IMG/VR virus record: IMGVR_UViG_3300006919_000055
Coordinates: 1 to 61,861 of that record
Direction: 5' to 3' (one strand)
From: a virus
Taxonomy: Duplodnaviria > Caudoviricetes
DNA: 61,861 nucleotides
Shown: piece by piece, positions 25,965-34,749 of the stretch
Layout: the number at the start of each line of letters is the position of its first letter
How positions within the stretch are numbered: position 1 is the first letter of the stretch
Notes under the pieces: model-generated
Told to the model about the DNA's origin: nothing
The model's database searches: none
The model's input: the letters and a program-made list of their open reading frames with translations, nothing else
Made by a program: the position numbers and the translations under genes

Positions 25965-26246
25965 TTAAATATCACCCCCGTCCGATTCACTAGATGTAGT
26001 GACGGTTTCTTTTTGTTCGTTAATCTCAGCTTGAGTGTCCGACTCGATAGTGCTGATTTTACTAATTACATAACCAGTGAGAAATAGATTAGCTAAAACT
26101 AACATTAAGGCTAATCTGGCGTATCCTGTCCTTACCTCAGTTACCTTTTCAAAGGTAGATGTCTTTGGCGTCTTTTTAGATTTTGCTCGGCTACGCGCAG
26201 GAGCTTTTCTCTTTGGTGTTGTTTTCTTCGTTGTTGTATTTTTCAT
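25965..26246 (-). CDS. single-pass membrane protein with basic N-terminus
   Basis: Lys/Arg-rich head then LALMLVLANLFLTGYVI; start likely MKNTT. Confidence 0.6.
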   Translation of the reverse strand: MKNTTTKKTTPKRKAPARSRAKSKKTPKTSTFEKVTEVRTGYARLALMLVLANLFLTGYVISKISTIESDTQAEINEQKETVTTSSESDGGDI

Positions 26247-26358
26247 ATGATATAACAATATTTAGTGCCTCAAGCTTTTTAGTTAAAAAACATTTTGACT
26301 TAAGGCTTCGCGCTTTTTAAGCAACGAAAGTGTATTATAGTCAATTAATAAGGTGCGG

Positions 26359-26652
26359 TCAATCTTTAAGTTCTAAGGTTTTACCTTCTAAAATAAAAGT
26401 TGCTCCAGTTTCGCCAAACATATTTAGAAGATGTGACCGGAGTGGTTGGTCATTTGATATAGCTTCATCCACAATAGAAAGAAGCAAATGATTGCAGTTT
26501 TTAGTTATTGCTGCTTTTTTTGTACAGCACGCATGATTTTCAGACTCCATGCATTTAATTAAATCTTTAACGTATCCATTATCTAAAATTTCTTTAGTTC
26601 CTTCGTTTTTAATGAATTCTATGAATTGCCTATAATTAACAATCTTAATCAT
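26359..26652 (-). CDS. hypothetical protein
   Basis: 97-aa ORF. Confidence 0.55.
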   Translation of the reverse strand: MIKIVNYRQFIEFIKNEGTKEILDNGYVKDLIKCMESENHACCTKKAAITKNCNHLLLSIVDEAISNDQPLRSHLLNMFGETGATFILEGKTLELKD

Positions 26653-27001
26653 GAGAGTGTTTTATAATTATACAGTAAAGACAGTAAAGGAAACTAGATA
26701 AATAAAATTTAATAAAAAAATCTTGAAAACCAAAGACTGTCGAAAATATTACATTAAGCCAAACGCCTAAACAAATAGGGCAGCTAATAAGTCGAATAAA
26801 AAAAGAATTATTTTTTAATAGTAAAAAATCGGTATAATGTAAAGAGCAGCTCGATTTACTTCTGAATTTATAATAGTCATTTATAAAAAAATGATTTTGA
26901 AAATGAAAATATTCTAAATACTCACAAAACGCATTAGTTTTAAACCAGATAATTAATATAAAAACAACCGCTAATGAAATATTTAAAATTTCAAAAAACA
27001 T
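26645..27001 (-). CDS. membrane protein with CxxC (DUF1360-like)
   Basis: LISCPICLGVW plus hydrophobic helices. Confidence 0.6.
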   Translation of the reverse strand: MFFEILNISLAVVFILIIWFKTNAFCEYLEYFHFQNHFFINDYYKFRSKSSCSLHYTDFLLLKNNSFFIRLISCPICLGVWLNVIFSTVFGFQDFFIKFYLSSFLYCLYCIIIKHSHD

Positions 27002-27477
27002 TAGCTTCCTAAAGATGTAATTTCTACTGGGCGAAAGCTGTTTAAGGAATCAGGTGGGGCGTCGGAGCTACCGTACCCTCCCTCTCCTCGTTCAGAGTCG
27101 GAGAGGTCGTCTGTTTCAATCCAATCAACATCGTGACATTTTTCAAAAATTAATTGAGCTACTTTAGATTGCTTTTCTAAAGTTATATTTTCTGAAGAAA
27201 GGTTAATAAGAACCACACCTACATCTCCTCGATATCCTGCGTCTACTACTCCCGCGAGTACGTCGAGACCTTTTTTTACTGCGAGACCGCTACGAGGAGC
27301 TACGCGCCCGTAAAAACCCATAGGGATTGCGATTGAGATTCCGGTCTTTACGACAGCTCTAGCCATTGGCGCAAGCGTAACCTCTTCCAGAGAGTAGAGA
27401 TCATACCCCGCATCTCCTTCGGTTGCTTGAGTGGGGATTGTAGCTTCCTCGTTATTCTTTTTAATTAATATTTCCAT
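27001..27477 (-). CDS. dut: trimeric dUTPase
   Basis: AGYDL, PRSGLA, GVVDAGYRG, AQL, RGEGGYGSS. Confidence 0.95.
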   Translation of the reverse strand: MEILIKKNNEEATIPTQATEGDAGYDLYSLEEVTLAPMARAVVKTGISIAIPMGFYGRVAPRSGLAVKKGLDVLAGVVDAGYRGDVGVVLINLSSENITLEKQSKVAQLIFEKCHDVDWIETDDLSDSERGEGGYGSSDAPPDSLNSFRPVEITSLGS

Positions 27478-27481
27478 TATC

Positions 27482-27886
27482 CTAGTCGGTAAAAGTTATT
27501 AACTCTATACCAAATTCACTAGCTAAGTCTAGTGAAGTCTTATCTTTATCATACTCTTCTCCAAAAACAACCTTCTTTATGCCGTATGAAGCAATCGTCT
27601 TAAGGCAATCATTGCAGGGTAGAAGTGTACACGCTAAAAGGTAGCACTCATTTGGTTTCGTATATCTTAAAGCGTTTATTTCAGCGTGAACTACTCTTTT
27701 TCTTCTTTCGTCCCGATTACTCCAATCGATATCCAAAGAAGGAGGCGCTCCGTTGTATCCAACCCCAGCAACACTGTGGTCGTGACGTAAAACGCAAGCG
27801 CCTACTTTAACGAAAGGGTCTTCGCTGCGAAGTGATGCTGCTTTGGCTAAAGCTAAAGCGTACTCTTCCCAAGAAAGCCTTTGCAT
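27482..27886 (-). CDS. dCMP deaminase
   Basis: KVGAC, GYNG, HAEINAL, PCNDC zinc motifs. Confidence 0.92.
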   Translation of the reverse strand: MQRLSWEEYALALAKAASLRSEDPFVKVGACVLRHDHSVAGVGYNGAPPSLDIDWSNRDERRKRVVHAEINALRYTKPNECYLLACTLLPCNDCLKTIASYGIKKVVFGEEYDKDKTSLDLASEFGIELITFTD

Positions 27887-27889
27887 TTT

Positions 27890-28117
27890 CTAAGCCATTT
27901 CAGATTTAGCGACTTTACTGTAAACGGAGCAGGGTCTACCCAAGGCAGGTTTAACCTTTTTAAGTAGCTTAATTTCTCCGGACTTAAGTCCTTTGTTAAT
28001 TTTAGTGTGAATTGATACACGGGAAAGTTTACCTTCTAAAGACTTTTGAATGTCTTCGGCAGTAAAATCTTTCTCAGGCCAATCAAACAATACTGGTTTT
28101 CTTCCTTTTTTACTCAT
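27890..28117 (-). CDS. small winged-helix-like DNA-binding protein
   Basis: FTAEDI..LSRVSIHTKINK...GRP..VY pattern. Confidence 0.55.
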   Translation of the reverse strand: MSKKGRKPVLFDWPEKDFTAEDIQKSLEGKLSRVSIHTKINKGLKSGEIKLLKKVKPALGRPCSVYSKVAKSEMA

Positions 28118-28146
28118 AATATTTTATTAATTTTGCGGATAAGGAG

Positions 28147-28213
28147 ACTTTAACTTTTTTATATATTTGGGTCAAGGTTTTTTCTTGACTAATTTTAATA
28201 ACAATATTAATCT
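28147..28213. promoter_or_regulatory. back-to-back divergent sigma70-type promoters at the strand switch
   Basis: Minus: TTGACC(28175-28170)-17-TAAAGT; plus: TTGACT(28185-28190)-17-TAATCT. Confidence 0.75.
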
Positions 28214-28229
28214 AACGACTTAAATTGAT

Positions 28230-28620
28230 CTTTGTTAACGCGGTGACTTAGTGCGAGTATAACTGATAAGTTCACCACAAGCCCGTAAAAAGGCACTAAT
28301 CGAGTAAGGCTAATAACCTTTACGTTACTTCGGGAGCGCACGGCGTCTGAGATTAGTATCTCTCAAGAGATAACCAGAAACTTAAAACCCTGCTCAAGGG
28401 AAAAGGACGGTAGCCAATAAAAAAACCCCACCGCTTATTGACAAGGAATAACTACGTAATATACTGCTCGTGAGCTAGGCGGAAAAACGCCGAAAGCATT
28501 TAAAAGTGTTGCGAAGGGATGAAGCGGGAGTATATTATTCGATAATAAAGTTTTTTAACTTTAAGTGGACAACCATGTTCTTAAACTTACTAAGGGAAAA
28601 TTAAGGACGGTAGCTAATAA
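28230..28620 (+). ncRNA. candidate large structured RNA or leader
   Basis: No ORF >=60 aa; closing stem 28230-28245/28429-28446 with G-U pairs on the plus strand; many hairpins including cUUCGg; second multibranch domain 28458-28536. Confidence 0.6.
28403..28620 (+). repeat. 18-bp direct repeat AAGGACGGTAGC(C/T)AATAA, 200 bp apart
   Basis: 28403-28420 and 28603-28620, each with AAGGGAA just upstream. Confidence 0.85.
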
Positions 28621-28647
28621 TTTAAAATTTACTTTTAACCTTTAATT

Positions 28648-29475
28648 ATGGAAATCATAGATATCGAATCAAACCCAACTAAAAATTCATCTTCTCCTGA
28701 ATTTAATAAGCCTTTATTGGAAGAAGGTGATTATGATAAAATAAATGTAATGATTTGTACTCCCTGTTACGGTGGTAAAATGGATCAAGCTACAGTTTCA
28801 GGAATGATAGGGACGGCAGTTACAGCTTTATCTTCTGGGATAAAAATAGATTTTAGATTCTTATCAAATGACAGCTTAATTACAAGAGCTAGAAATAATT
28901 TAGTTGCACAATTTTTAGCATCAGAAGAGCATACGCATTTATTCTTCTTGGACGCAGATATTCAATTTAACCCTACTTCACTTTTGAGGTTATGCTTGTC
29001 AGATAGGATGGTTTCTGTTGGGGCTTATCCAACTAAAAGTATACCCACTAGATATGTAATTGATTTCAAAGAGGACGCTGTAGTGGATGACAATAAGTTT
29101 ATTGAGGTAGAAAGAGCCGGAACAGGATTCATGTGTATAAAAAGAGAATGCCTCGAAATGATGAAAGACTCTTTCCCTGAACTTAAATATAAATCCGAGC
29201 TAGAAACCAAAGGCTACTCTGACGATGCAGTGGCGGCTTTAGGAGAAGAGTTAATAGAAAAAATAAAACAAAACACCTATTCATTCTTTGATACCTCAAT
29301 TCACGAAACGGGTGGAAACTATTTGTCAGAGGATTATACTTTTTGCGAAAGGTGGAAAAAAATAGGTGGATCAATTTGGTTAGATACAGGATCGAAGCTC
29401 GATCACGTAGGAACCGCTACATACGGCCTTGCTGTAGATGAGTTCGATTCTATTTTCGAAAGTAAGAAAAATTGA
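28648..29475 (+). CDS. GT-A fold glycosyltransferase-like protein
   Basis: CTPCYGG, SLITRARN, FFLDADI, AGTGFMCIKR, YLSEDYTFC. Confidence 0.75.
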   Translation: MEIIDIESNPTKNSSSPEFNKPLLEEGDYDKINVMICTPCYGGKMDQATVSGMIGTAVTALSSGIKIDFRFLSNDSLITRARNNLVAQFLASEEHTHLFFLDADIQFNPTSLLRLCLSDRMVSVGAYPTKSIPTRYVIDFKEDAVVDDNKFIEVERAGTGFMCIKRECLEMMKDSFPELKYKSELETKGYSDDAVAALGEELIEKIKQNTYSFFDTSIHETGGNYLSEDYTFCERWKKIGGSIWLDTGSKLDHVGTATYGLAVDEFDSIFESKKN

Positions 29476-30089
29476 CAAAGAATAAAGTAATAGGGGTTTC
29501 TGGCGTAGCTGGAAGTGGAAAAGATTTATTTTTTTCGCTACTTTCTAAATTCAAAAAATGCAAAAAGCTATCTTTAGCCGAAGCATTAAAGGATGAAGTA
29601 TCTGAGTGGACAATTAAACACTATGGGATAAATGCCTCTACTTGCTCACGAGAAGACAAAGAGGTTATAAGGCCTCTTCTAGTTTTTCACGCAAATTTAA
29701 TGCGTGGTCAAAGTTTAGGTCGCCATTGGATAAATATTTTAAATAAAAAAATAAAAAATTTAAAATTAGAGCCAGATGAAATTATAGTAATAACAGATAT
29801 AAGGTTTGATCATTATGAAAAAGATGAAATTTTTTGGCTTAAACAAGAATTAAACGGATTATTAGTACATATATCAAATTTTGTAAAAGTTGACTCAGGA
29901 GATCATTCACCACCCATTATTGTAAAAAAAGAAGGAGCTAATGATTCAGAAAAAATTAACGACCCCAAATTAAAGGTAGCTGCAGACTATTCAATAGAAT
30001 GGGAATTCTTACAAAGACCACAAGAAGAAGTGGAAGAAATTTTATCGGAAAAACACGTCAAGCCTTTCGTAAAAGAATATCTTGACTAA
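29472..30089 (+). CDS. deoxynucleoside monophosphate kinase
   Basis: IGVSGVAGSGKD, SLAEALK, R.LL, ITDIRF. Confidence 0.8.
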   Translation: MTKNKVIGVSGVAGSGKDLFFSLLSKFKKCKKLSLAEALKDEVSEWTIKHYGINASTCSREDKEVIRPLLVFHANLMRGQSLGRHWINILNKKIKNLKLEPDEIIVITDIRFDHYEKDEIFWLKQELNGLLVHISNFVKVDSGDHSPPIIVKKEGANDSEKINDPKLKVAADYSIEWEFLQRPQEEVEEILSEKHVKPFVKEYLD

Positions 30090-30117
30090 TATAAATAATA
30101 AACCTATAGTAGCTCTT
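30082..30117 (+). promoter_or_regulatory. sigma70-type promoter, leaderless geometry
   Basis: TTGACT-17-TATAGT-7-ATG(30118). Confidence 0.75.
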
Positions 30118-30405
30118 ATGTCAGAAAATAGCAACACTAACACAAACAACAACAATCAAGAACTTGGCGCTCTGTGGAAGAAAGAAAGCAAGAACGGAGG
30201 GCAAAAATATCTAGCTGGACATATCGTTGTAGAAGATGATATGGGTGTAGAAAAGAAAGTGAAAGTAGTTGTTTTTGCTAACCGAGAAAAAAAGAACGAA
30301 AGATATCCAGACTTTAGAATTTTAAAAGCTAAAGAATTTTCCGGAAGCTCTACTGAAGCACCCAAAAAAGAAGTCGCACAAGAAATCGACGAAGACGTTC
30401 TTTAA
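30118..30405 (+). CDS. DUF736-like putative ssDNA-binding protein
   Basis: LGALWKK..KYLAG..VVFAN..PDFRI and acidic tail IDEDVL; start moved to ATG 30118. Confidence 0.6.
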   Translation: MSENSNTNTNNNNQELGALWKKESKNGGQKYLAGHIVVEDDMGVEKKVKVVVFANREKKNERYPDFRILKAKEFSGSSTEAPKKEVAQEIDEDVL

Positions 30406-31511
30406 TGGCTTTTTCGCTAAACCTTCCAATCAACGGAGTCTCCTTCGGTCAAGTTTCAACCCTCTTTATGAGGGAACTTTTCCGAAGGGATTCCCTTTCT
30501 TATGTCCCTCTATTCCCAATAGGCGATAAAATAGACTTTAGAAGTCAACCAGAAGAATCAGACCCAAGTTTACCAAAAGATTTTCTTAAATGGTTAGTAC
30601 GCAATAGTGAAATAAGTTTAACCGAACACTCAAGAGACACTCCCACATTTAAACTATGGCACTTAAGCGGAGGCCTCGACTCATTTTCTAAAGTTCATAA
30701 TTTAATAACTTTTTACGAGCTAGATGAACCCACTGAAACCGAGTTATCTGTTGCCAAAAACGTAGACAACCTTCTTGTAACAAATTCTTACTGCAAAGAA
30801 GTTCTAGAAAGTAAAGGTGTTAAAAGCAAAGTGATTCCTTTAGCTTTTGATAATTACAATTTTAAAAGAATAGAAAAAAAATATTTCGATGACGATAGGA
30901 TAACTTTCAACCTTTGTGGAAAGTTTGAACACAGAAAGCGTCACGAAAAAATAATAAAGGCATGGGTTAAGAAGTACGGTAATAATTCTAAATACAATCT
31001 TCAATGCGCGATTTATAATCCATTTATGGATGAAAATTCTAATAAGCAAATGTTTGCTAATTGCCTAAATGGAAGTTCTTACTTTAATGTTAACTTCTTG
31101 GGTCATATGGTGCAAAATGTTTTATATAATGATTTCTTAAATTCAGGAGATATCATTATAGGAATGTCCGGAGCAGAGGGCTGGGGTCTTCCTGAGTTTC
31201 AATCAGTAGCAATAGGAAAACATGCAGTGATACATAACTGCACTGGATACAAGGAGTGGGCAACTGAAAAAAATTGCACCTTAGTCGAACCTAGAGGTAA
31301 AATACCAGCGTACGACAATGTATTTTTCAAAAAAGGTCAACCCTTTAACCAAGGAAATATATTTGACTTTGACGATGATGACTTTATCAGCGGCTGCGAA
31401 GAAGCTATTAAAAAGGTGGAAAATAATAGATTAAATGAAGAAGGACTTAATTTACAAAAAGATTTTACAGCTTCCCGTATGGTAGATGGTATTTTAAGTG
31501 TATTAAAATAA
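30405..31511 (+). CDS. glycosyltransferase family 4 (GT-B)
   Basis: GKFEHRK, SGAEGWGLPEFQS. Confidence 0.8.
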   Translation: MAFSLNLPINGVSFGQVSTLFMRELFRRDSLSYVPLFPIGDKIDFRSQPEESDPSLPKDFLKWLVRNSEISLTEHSRDTPTFKLWHLSGGLDSFSKVHNLITFYELDEPTETELSVAKNVDNLLVTNSYCKEVLESKGVKSKVIPLAFDNYNFKRIEKKYFDDDRITFNLCGKFEHRKRHEKIIKAWVKKYGNNSKYNLQCAIYNPFMDENSNKQMFANCLNGSSYFNVNFLGHMVQNVLYNDFLNSGDIIIGMSGAEGWGLPEFQSVAIGKHAVIHNCTGYKEWATEKNCTLVEPRGKIPAYDNVFFKKGQPFNQGNIFDFDDDDFISGCEEAIKKVENNRLNEEGLNLQKDFTASRMVDGILSVLK

Positions 31512-31512
31512 T

Positions 31513-31812
31513 ATGCCGCTTTACACATTCCAACATCCTAAAACTAAAGAGGTTATTGAAGTTAATCAATCAATGACAGATAAGCACGTCTATACAGACG
31601 AAAAGGGGGTTGAGTGGAATAGAGTTTGGGATACAAGTTATCAAGTTGGAGTAATCACCAGAGAGCTAATTCAAGGTAAAAGAAAAGTCTCGAATGTAAA
31701 CGGCAAAAGTATTCCGAAATCTAAAATGCAAGATGTTAATAGAAACTTTAAATATCAAACTACTTGCAATCAACTTCCAGACAACCCAGCTTACTACAAC
31801 ATAAACGCCTAA
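31513..31812 (+). CDS. FmdB-like regulatory protein lacking cysteines
   Basis: MPLYTF..T.E.IEV.QSM; paralog of the next ORF. Confidence 0.6.
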   Translation: MPLYTFQHPKTKEVIEVNQSMTDKHVYTDEKGVEWNRVWDTSYQVGVITRELIQGKRKVSNVNGKSIPKSKMQDVNRNFKYQTTCNQLPDNPAYYNINA

Positions 31813-31813
31813 T

Positions 31814-32185
31814 ATGCCACTCTACGTTTTTAAACATCCCCAAACCGGAGAAGAGATTGAAGTAATTCAATCAATGAAAGAAAATCATACTTACGTAGAT
31901 GAAAAGGGTGTTAAGTGGGATCGGGTCTTTTTTGCCGCGAATGCCTCTGTAGATACTCAAGGAGATTGTTTTTCTAGGGAGGATTTCGCTAAACGTACCG
32001 CTAAACATGGGATGACCGTTGGAGACATGTGGGACTTGTCCAAGGACATGAGCGAAAAACGCGCTAAAAAGGCAGGTAAAGACCCCGTTAAAGAAAAATA
32101 CTTTAAGGATTACGAAAAGAAGCGCAAGGGCGTAAAGCACGATAATGACCCAAAGAAAAAAGGCTTTGGTTCTATTCAACTGTAA
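31814..32185 (+). CDS. FmdB-like regulatory protein lacking cysteines
   Basis: MPLYVF..TGE.IEV.QSM...RVF. Confidence 0.65.
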   Translation: MPLYVFKHPQTGEEIEVIQSMKENHTYVDEKGVKWDRVFFAANASVDTQGDCFSREDFAKRTAKHGMTVGDMWDLSKDMSEKRAKKAGKDPVKEKYFKDYEKKRKGVKHDNDPKKKGFGSIQL

Positions 32186-32298
32186 GTCGTTACACTTTTT
32201 GTAACTCCTATTCCTTTTTTTAGCAGTTTTTGTTTTTTTTCTTTCATTAGAAATATAAAAACTGTAATATAATTTGCATCTCAACACGAAAGTCTTTT

Positions 32299-34734
32299 AT
32301 GGATTCCAAAGCTATTAATGTCAAAAAACGAAATGGTCGTTTAGAAGAATTAAACACAAACAAAATCAACAAATGCGTAGAAAGGGCTTGCGAAAATTTA
32401 AGTGATGTTTCGGCCAGTGAAGTAGTTTTAGATGCACATGTTCAACTTTACGATAAAATAACCACCAAGGAAATCGACAAAGCTCTAGTTATGTCTGCTA
32501 GAGCTAAAATGGAGAAAGAACCTAATTATTCTTACGTAGCTGCTAGGCTTCTTTTAGGAAATATACATAAAGAAGTATTTGGTAGCAGTGTTGATAAAGA
32601 TGCTTTTGAAAACCAATACCGACTTTCTTTTATTAAAAATATAAAACTTTTAGTAAAAGAATCAATTCTAGATGAAAGACTATTAGAATTTGATCTTAAA
32701 AAATTATCGGACTCTTTAAAATTAGAAAGAGATTTTAAGTTCAAATATTTAGGACTTCAAATTCTTTATGATAGATATTTTCACCACCTAGATGGAAGAA
32801 GATTAGAATCCCCACAATCTTTCTGGATGAGAGTAGCTATGGGCCTATGTATTAATGAAAAGGACAAGGAAGAAAAAGCTATAGAATTTTACAACACCCT
32901 TTCTCAATTCCATTTATGTTGTTCAACTCCAACGCTTTTTAACAGCGGAAGCACCCACAGTCAGTTATCTAGTTGTTACTTGAACACATTCGATGATTCA
33001 ATAGATGGAATTTTTGAAGGAGCGTGGCAAGAAGCTAGAAAATCAAAGTACGCAGGAGGCTTGGGTTTCGATGTTTCTAATTTTCGCTCTTCCGGATCGC
33101 ACATCAAAGGAACGAATGGGACATCTAGCGGTTTAGTACCTTGGTTAAAAATTTACAACGATTTATTAGTCGCGGTAAACCAAGGAGGCAAAAGGCCCGG
33201 AGCGGGATGCGCTTACCTAGAACCTTGGCATTTAGACATAGAAGACTTCCTAGACTTAAAGAAAAACACTGGAGAAGAACGTCGCAGATGTCACGATTTA
33301 AATACTGCTAATTGGCTTCCTAATTTGTTTTTTGAAAAAATCTCAAAAGGTCAAGATTGGTATTTATTCTCTCCTTCGGACGTAAGAGACTTACATGAAA
33401 CATACGGAGAAGATTTCGATAAGAAGTATAAGAAATACTGCAAGTTAGCGGACGCAGGTGAAATTGAAAATTACAAAAAAATCCCCGCTAAAGATTTATG
33501 GAAAAAAATGTTAAGAGTCTTGTTTGAGACAGGTCATCCTTGGATGACCTTTAAAGACAACTCTAACTTGAGATACTCTAACTCTCACGAAGGAGTAATT
33601 CACAGCTCTAATCTTTGCACTGAAATTTTCCTTCATACTAAACCCTCTAGATTTAACGAAGGAACTAAAACTGAAATCGGAGAAACTGCAGTCTGCAATT
33701 TAAGCTCAGTCAATTTAAAAGAGCATTTAAACGATAAGGGTGAATTAGATTATGAATTGTTGTCAAATACAATTAAAAATCAAATGCGAATGCTCGATAA
33801 TGTTATCGACTTGAACTTTTACCCAACAGAAGAAGCTAAGAAATCTAATTTATCTCACCGACCCGTAGGAGCAGGAAGCATGGGATGGCACGATGTCTTT
33901 CACTCATACAAACTAGACTACTCATCTGACGAGGCTGTCAAGTTGGCTGACGAGCTATATGAATTTATTTCTTATCACTGTATATTAAATTCGTCTAAAT
34001 TAGCCAAAGAACGAGGCGCTTATAAAACTTTTGAAGGCTCTTTATGGAATCAAGATATTCTTCCATTGGATACGTACAAAAGCTTAATGAATTACCTCGA
34101 TAAGAAACCTATATCTCACCGAGGAAAAAAATATGCTCCTGAAGTCGATTGGAAAGTTGTTAGGGAATCTATTAAAAGCGGCGGTATGCGTAATAGCAAT
34201 ACTATGGCTATTGCTCCTACTGCTACTATATCTTATATTCAAGGTTGCTCTCCTTCTATTGATCCTGATTTCTCTACCTTTTTCGTCTACGAAAACAAAA
34301 GCGGGAACTTATTTATAACTAACGAATGGTTCATTAAAGAATGCAAAGAGCTAAATATTTGGACCCCTAAATTAATTGACGCTTTAAAGGCTGTCGATGG
34401 AGACGTATCTCAATTAGAGCTTCCTGAAGACTTAAAAAGGAGATTCAGAGTTGCATTTGATCAAGATCAATTTAAGCTAGTTGACTGCGCTGCGGCTAGA
34501 CAAAAGTGGATAGACATGGGCCAATCTTTGAATTTATTTAATAATTCAACATCATTAAAATATTTGAATGACTTGTATTTTCATGCGAAAAATAGAGGAC
34601 TTAAAAGCACCTACTATTTGAGAAATAAATCTGCAAGTAAAATTGAAAAATCAACCAAGTCTAGCGCAGAGCCAGAAAACACATCTACGCCATCTTGCTC
34701 TATTCTAGACCCAACATGTGAAAGCTGCCAATAA
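32299..34734 (+). CDS. nrdA: ribonucleotide reductase class I alpha subunit with ATP cone
   Basis: VKKRNGR ATP cone, TPTLFNSG, LSSCY, SNLCTEI, VCNL, IAPTATIS, KSTYYLR, C-terminal CESC. Confidence 0.97.
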   Translation: MDSKAINVKKRNGRLEELNTNKINKCVERACENLSDVSASEVVLDAHVQLYDKITTKEIDKALVMSARAKMEKEPNYSYVAARLLLGNIHKEVFGSSVDKDAFENQYRLSFIKNIKLLVKESILDERLLEFDLKKLSDSLKLERDFKFKYLGLQILYDRYFHHLDGRRLESPQSFWMRVAMGLCINEKDKEEKAIEFYNTLSQFHLCCSTPTLFNSGSTHSQLSSCYLNTFDDSIDGIFEGAWQEARKSKYAGGLGFDVSNFRSSGSHIKGTNGTSSGLVPWLKIYNDLLVAVNQGGKRPGAGCAYLEPWHLDIEDFLDLKKNTGEERRRCHDLNTANWLPNLFFEKISKGQDWYLFSPSDVRDLHETYGEDFDKKYKKYCKLADAGEIENYKKIPAKDLWKKMLRVLFETGHPWMTFKDNSNLRYSNSHEGVIHSSNLCTEIFLHTKPSRFNEGTKTEIGETAVCNLSSVNLKEHLNDKGELDYELLSNTIKNQMRMLDNVIDLNFYPTEEAKKSNLSHRPVGAGSMGWHDVFHSYKLDYSSDEAVKLADELYEFISYHCILNSSKLAKERGAYKTFEGSLWNQDILPLDTYKSLMNYLDKKPISHRGKKYAPEVDWKVVRESIKSGGMRNSNTMAIAPTATISYIQGCSPSIDPDFSTFFVYENKSGNLFITNEWFIKECKELNIWTPKLIDALKAVDGDVSQLELPEDLKRRFRVAFDQDQFKLVDCAAARQKWIDMGQSLNLFNNSTSLKYLNDLYFHAKNRGLKSTYYLRNKSASKIEKSTKSSAEPENTSTPSCSILDPTCESCQ

Positions 34735-34749
34735 TACAGGAGATATAAT

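Noticed and set aside
28230-28620. RNase P RNA, tmRNA, hammerhead or group I/II intron identity for the structured gap
   Set aside because: No GAGGAAAGUC, no tRNA-like ends, CTGATAA and CTGAGAT do not fit CUGANGA, and no interrupted gene flanks it
28403-28620. CRISPR mini-array
   Set aside because: Only two 18-bp copies 200 bp apart; no spacer periodicity and no cas operon
32186-32298. T-rich gap with GTTACA/TGTAAC hairpin before nrdA as an NrdR box or riboswitch
   Set aside because: No convincing NrdR palindrome or aptamer core; more likely a terminator/promoter spacer
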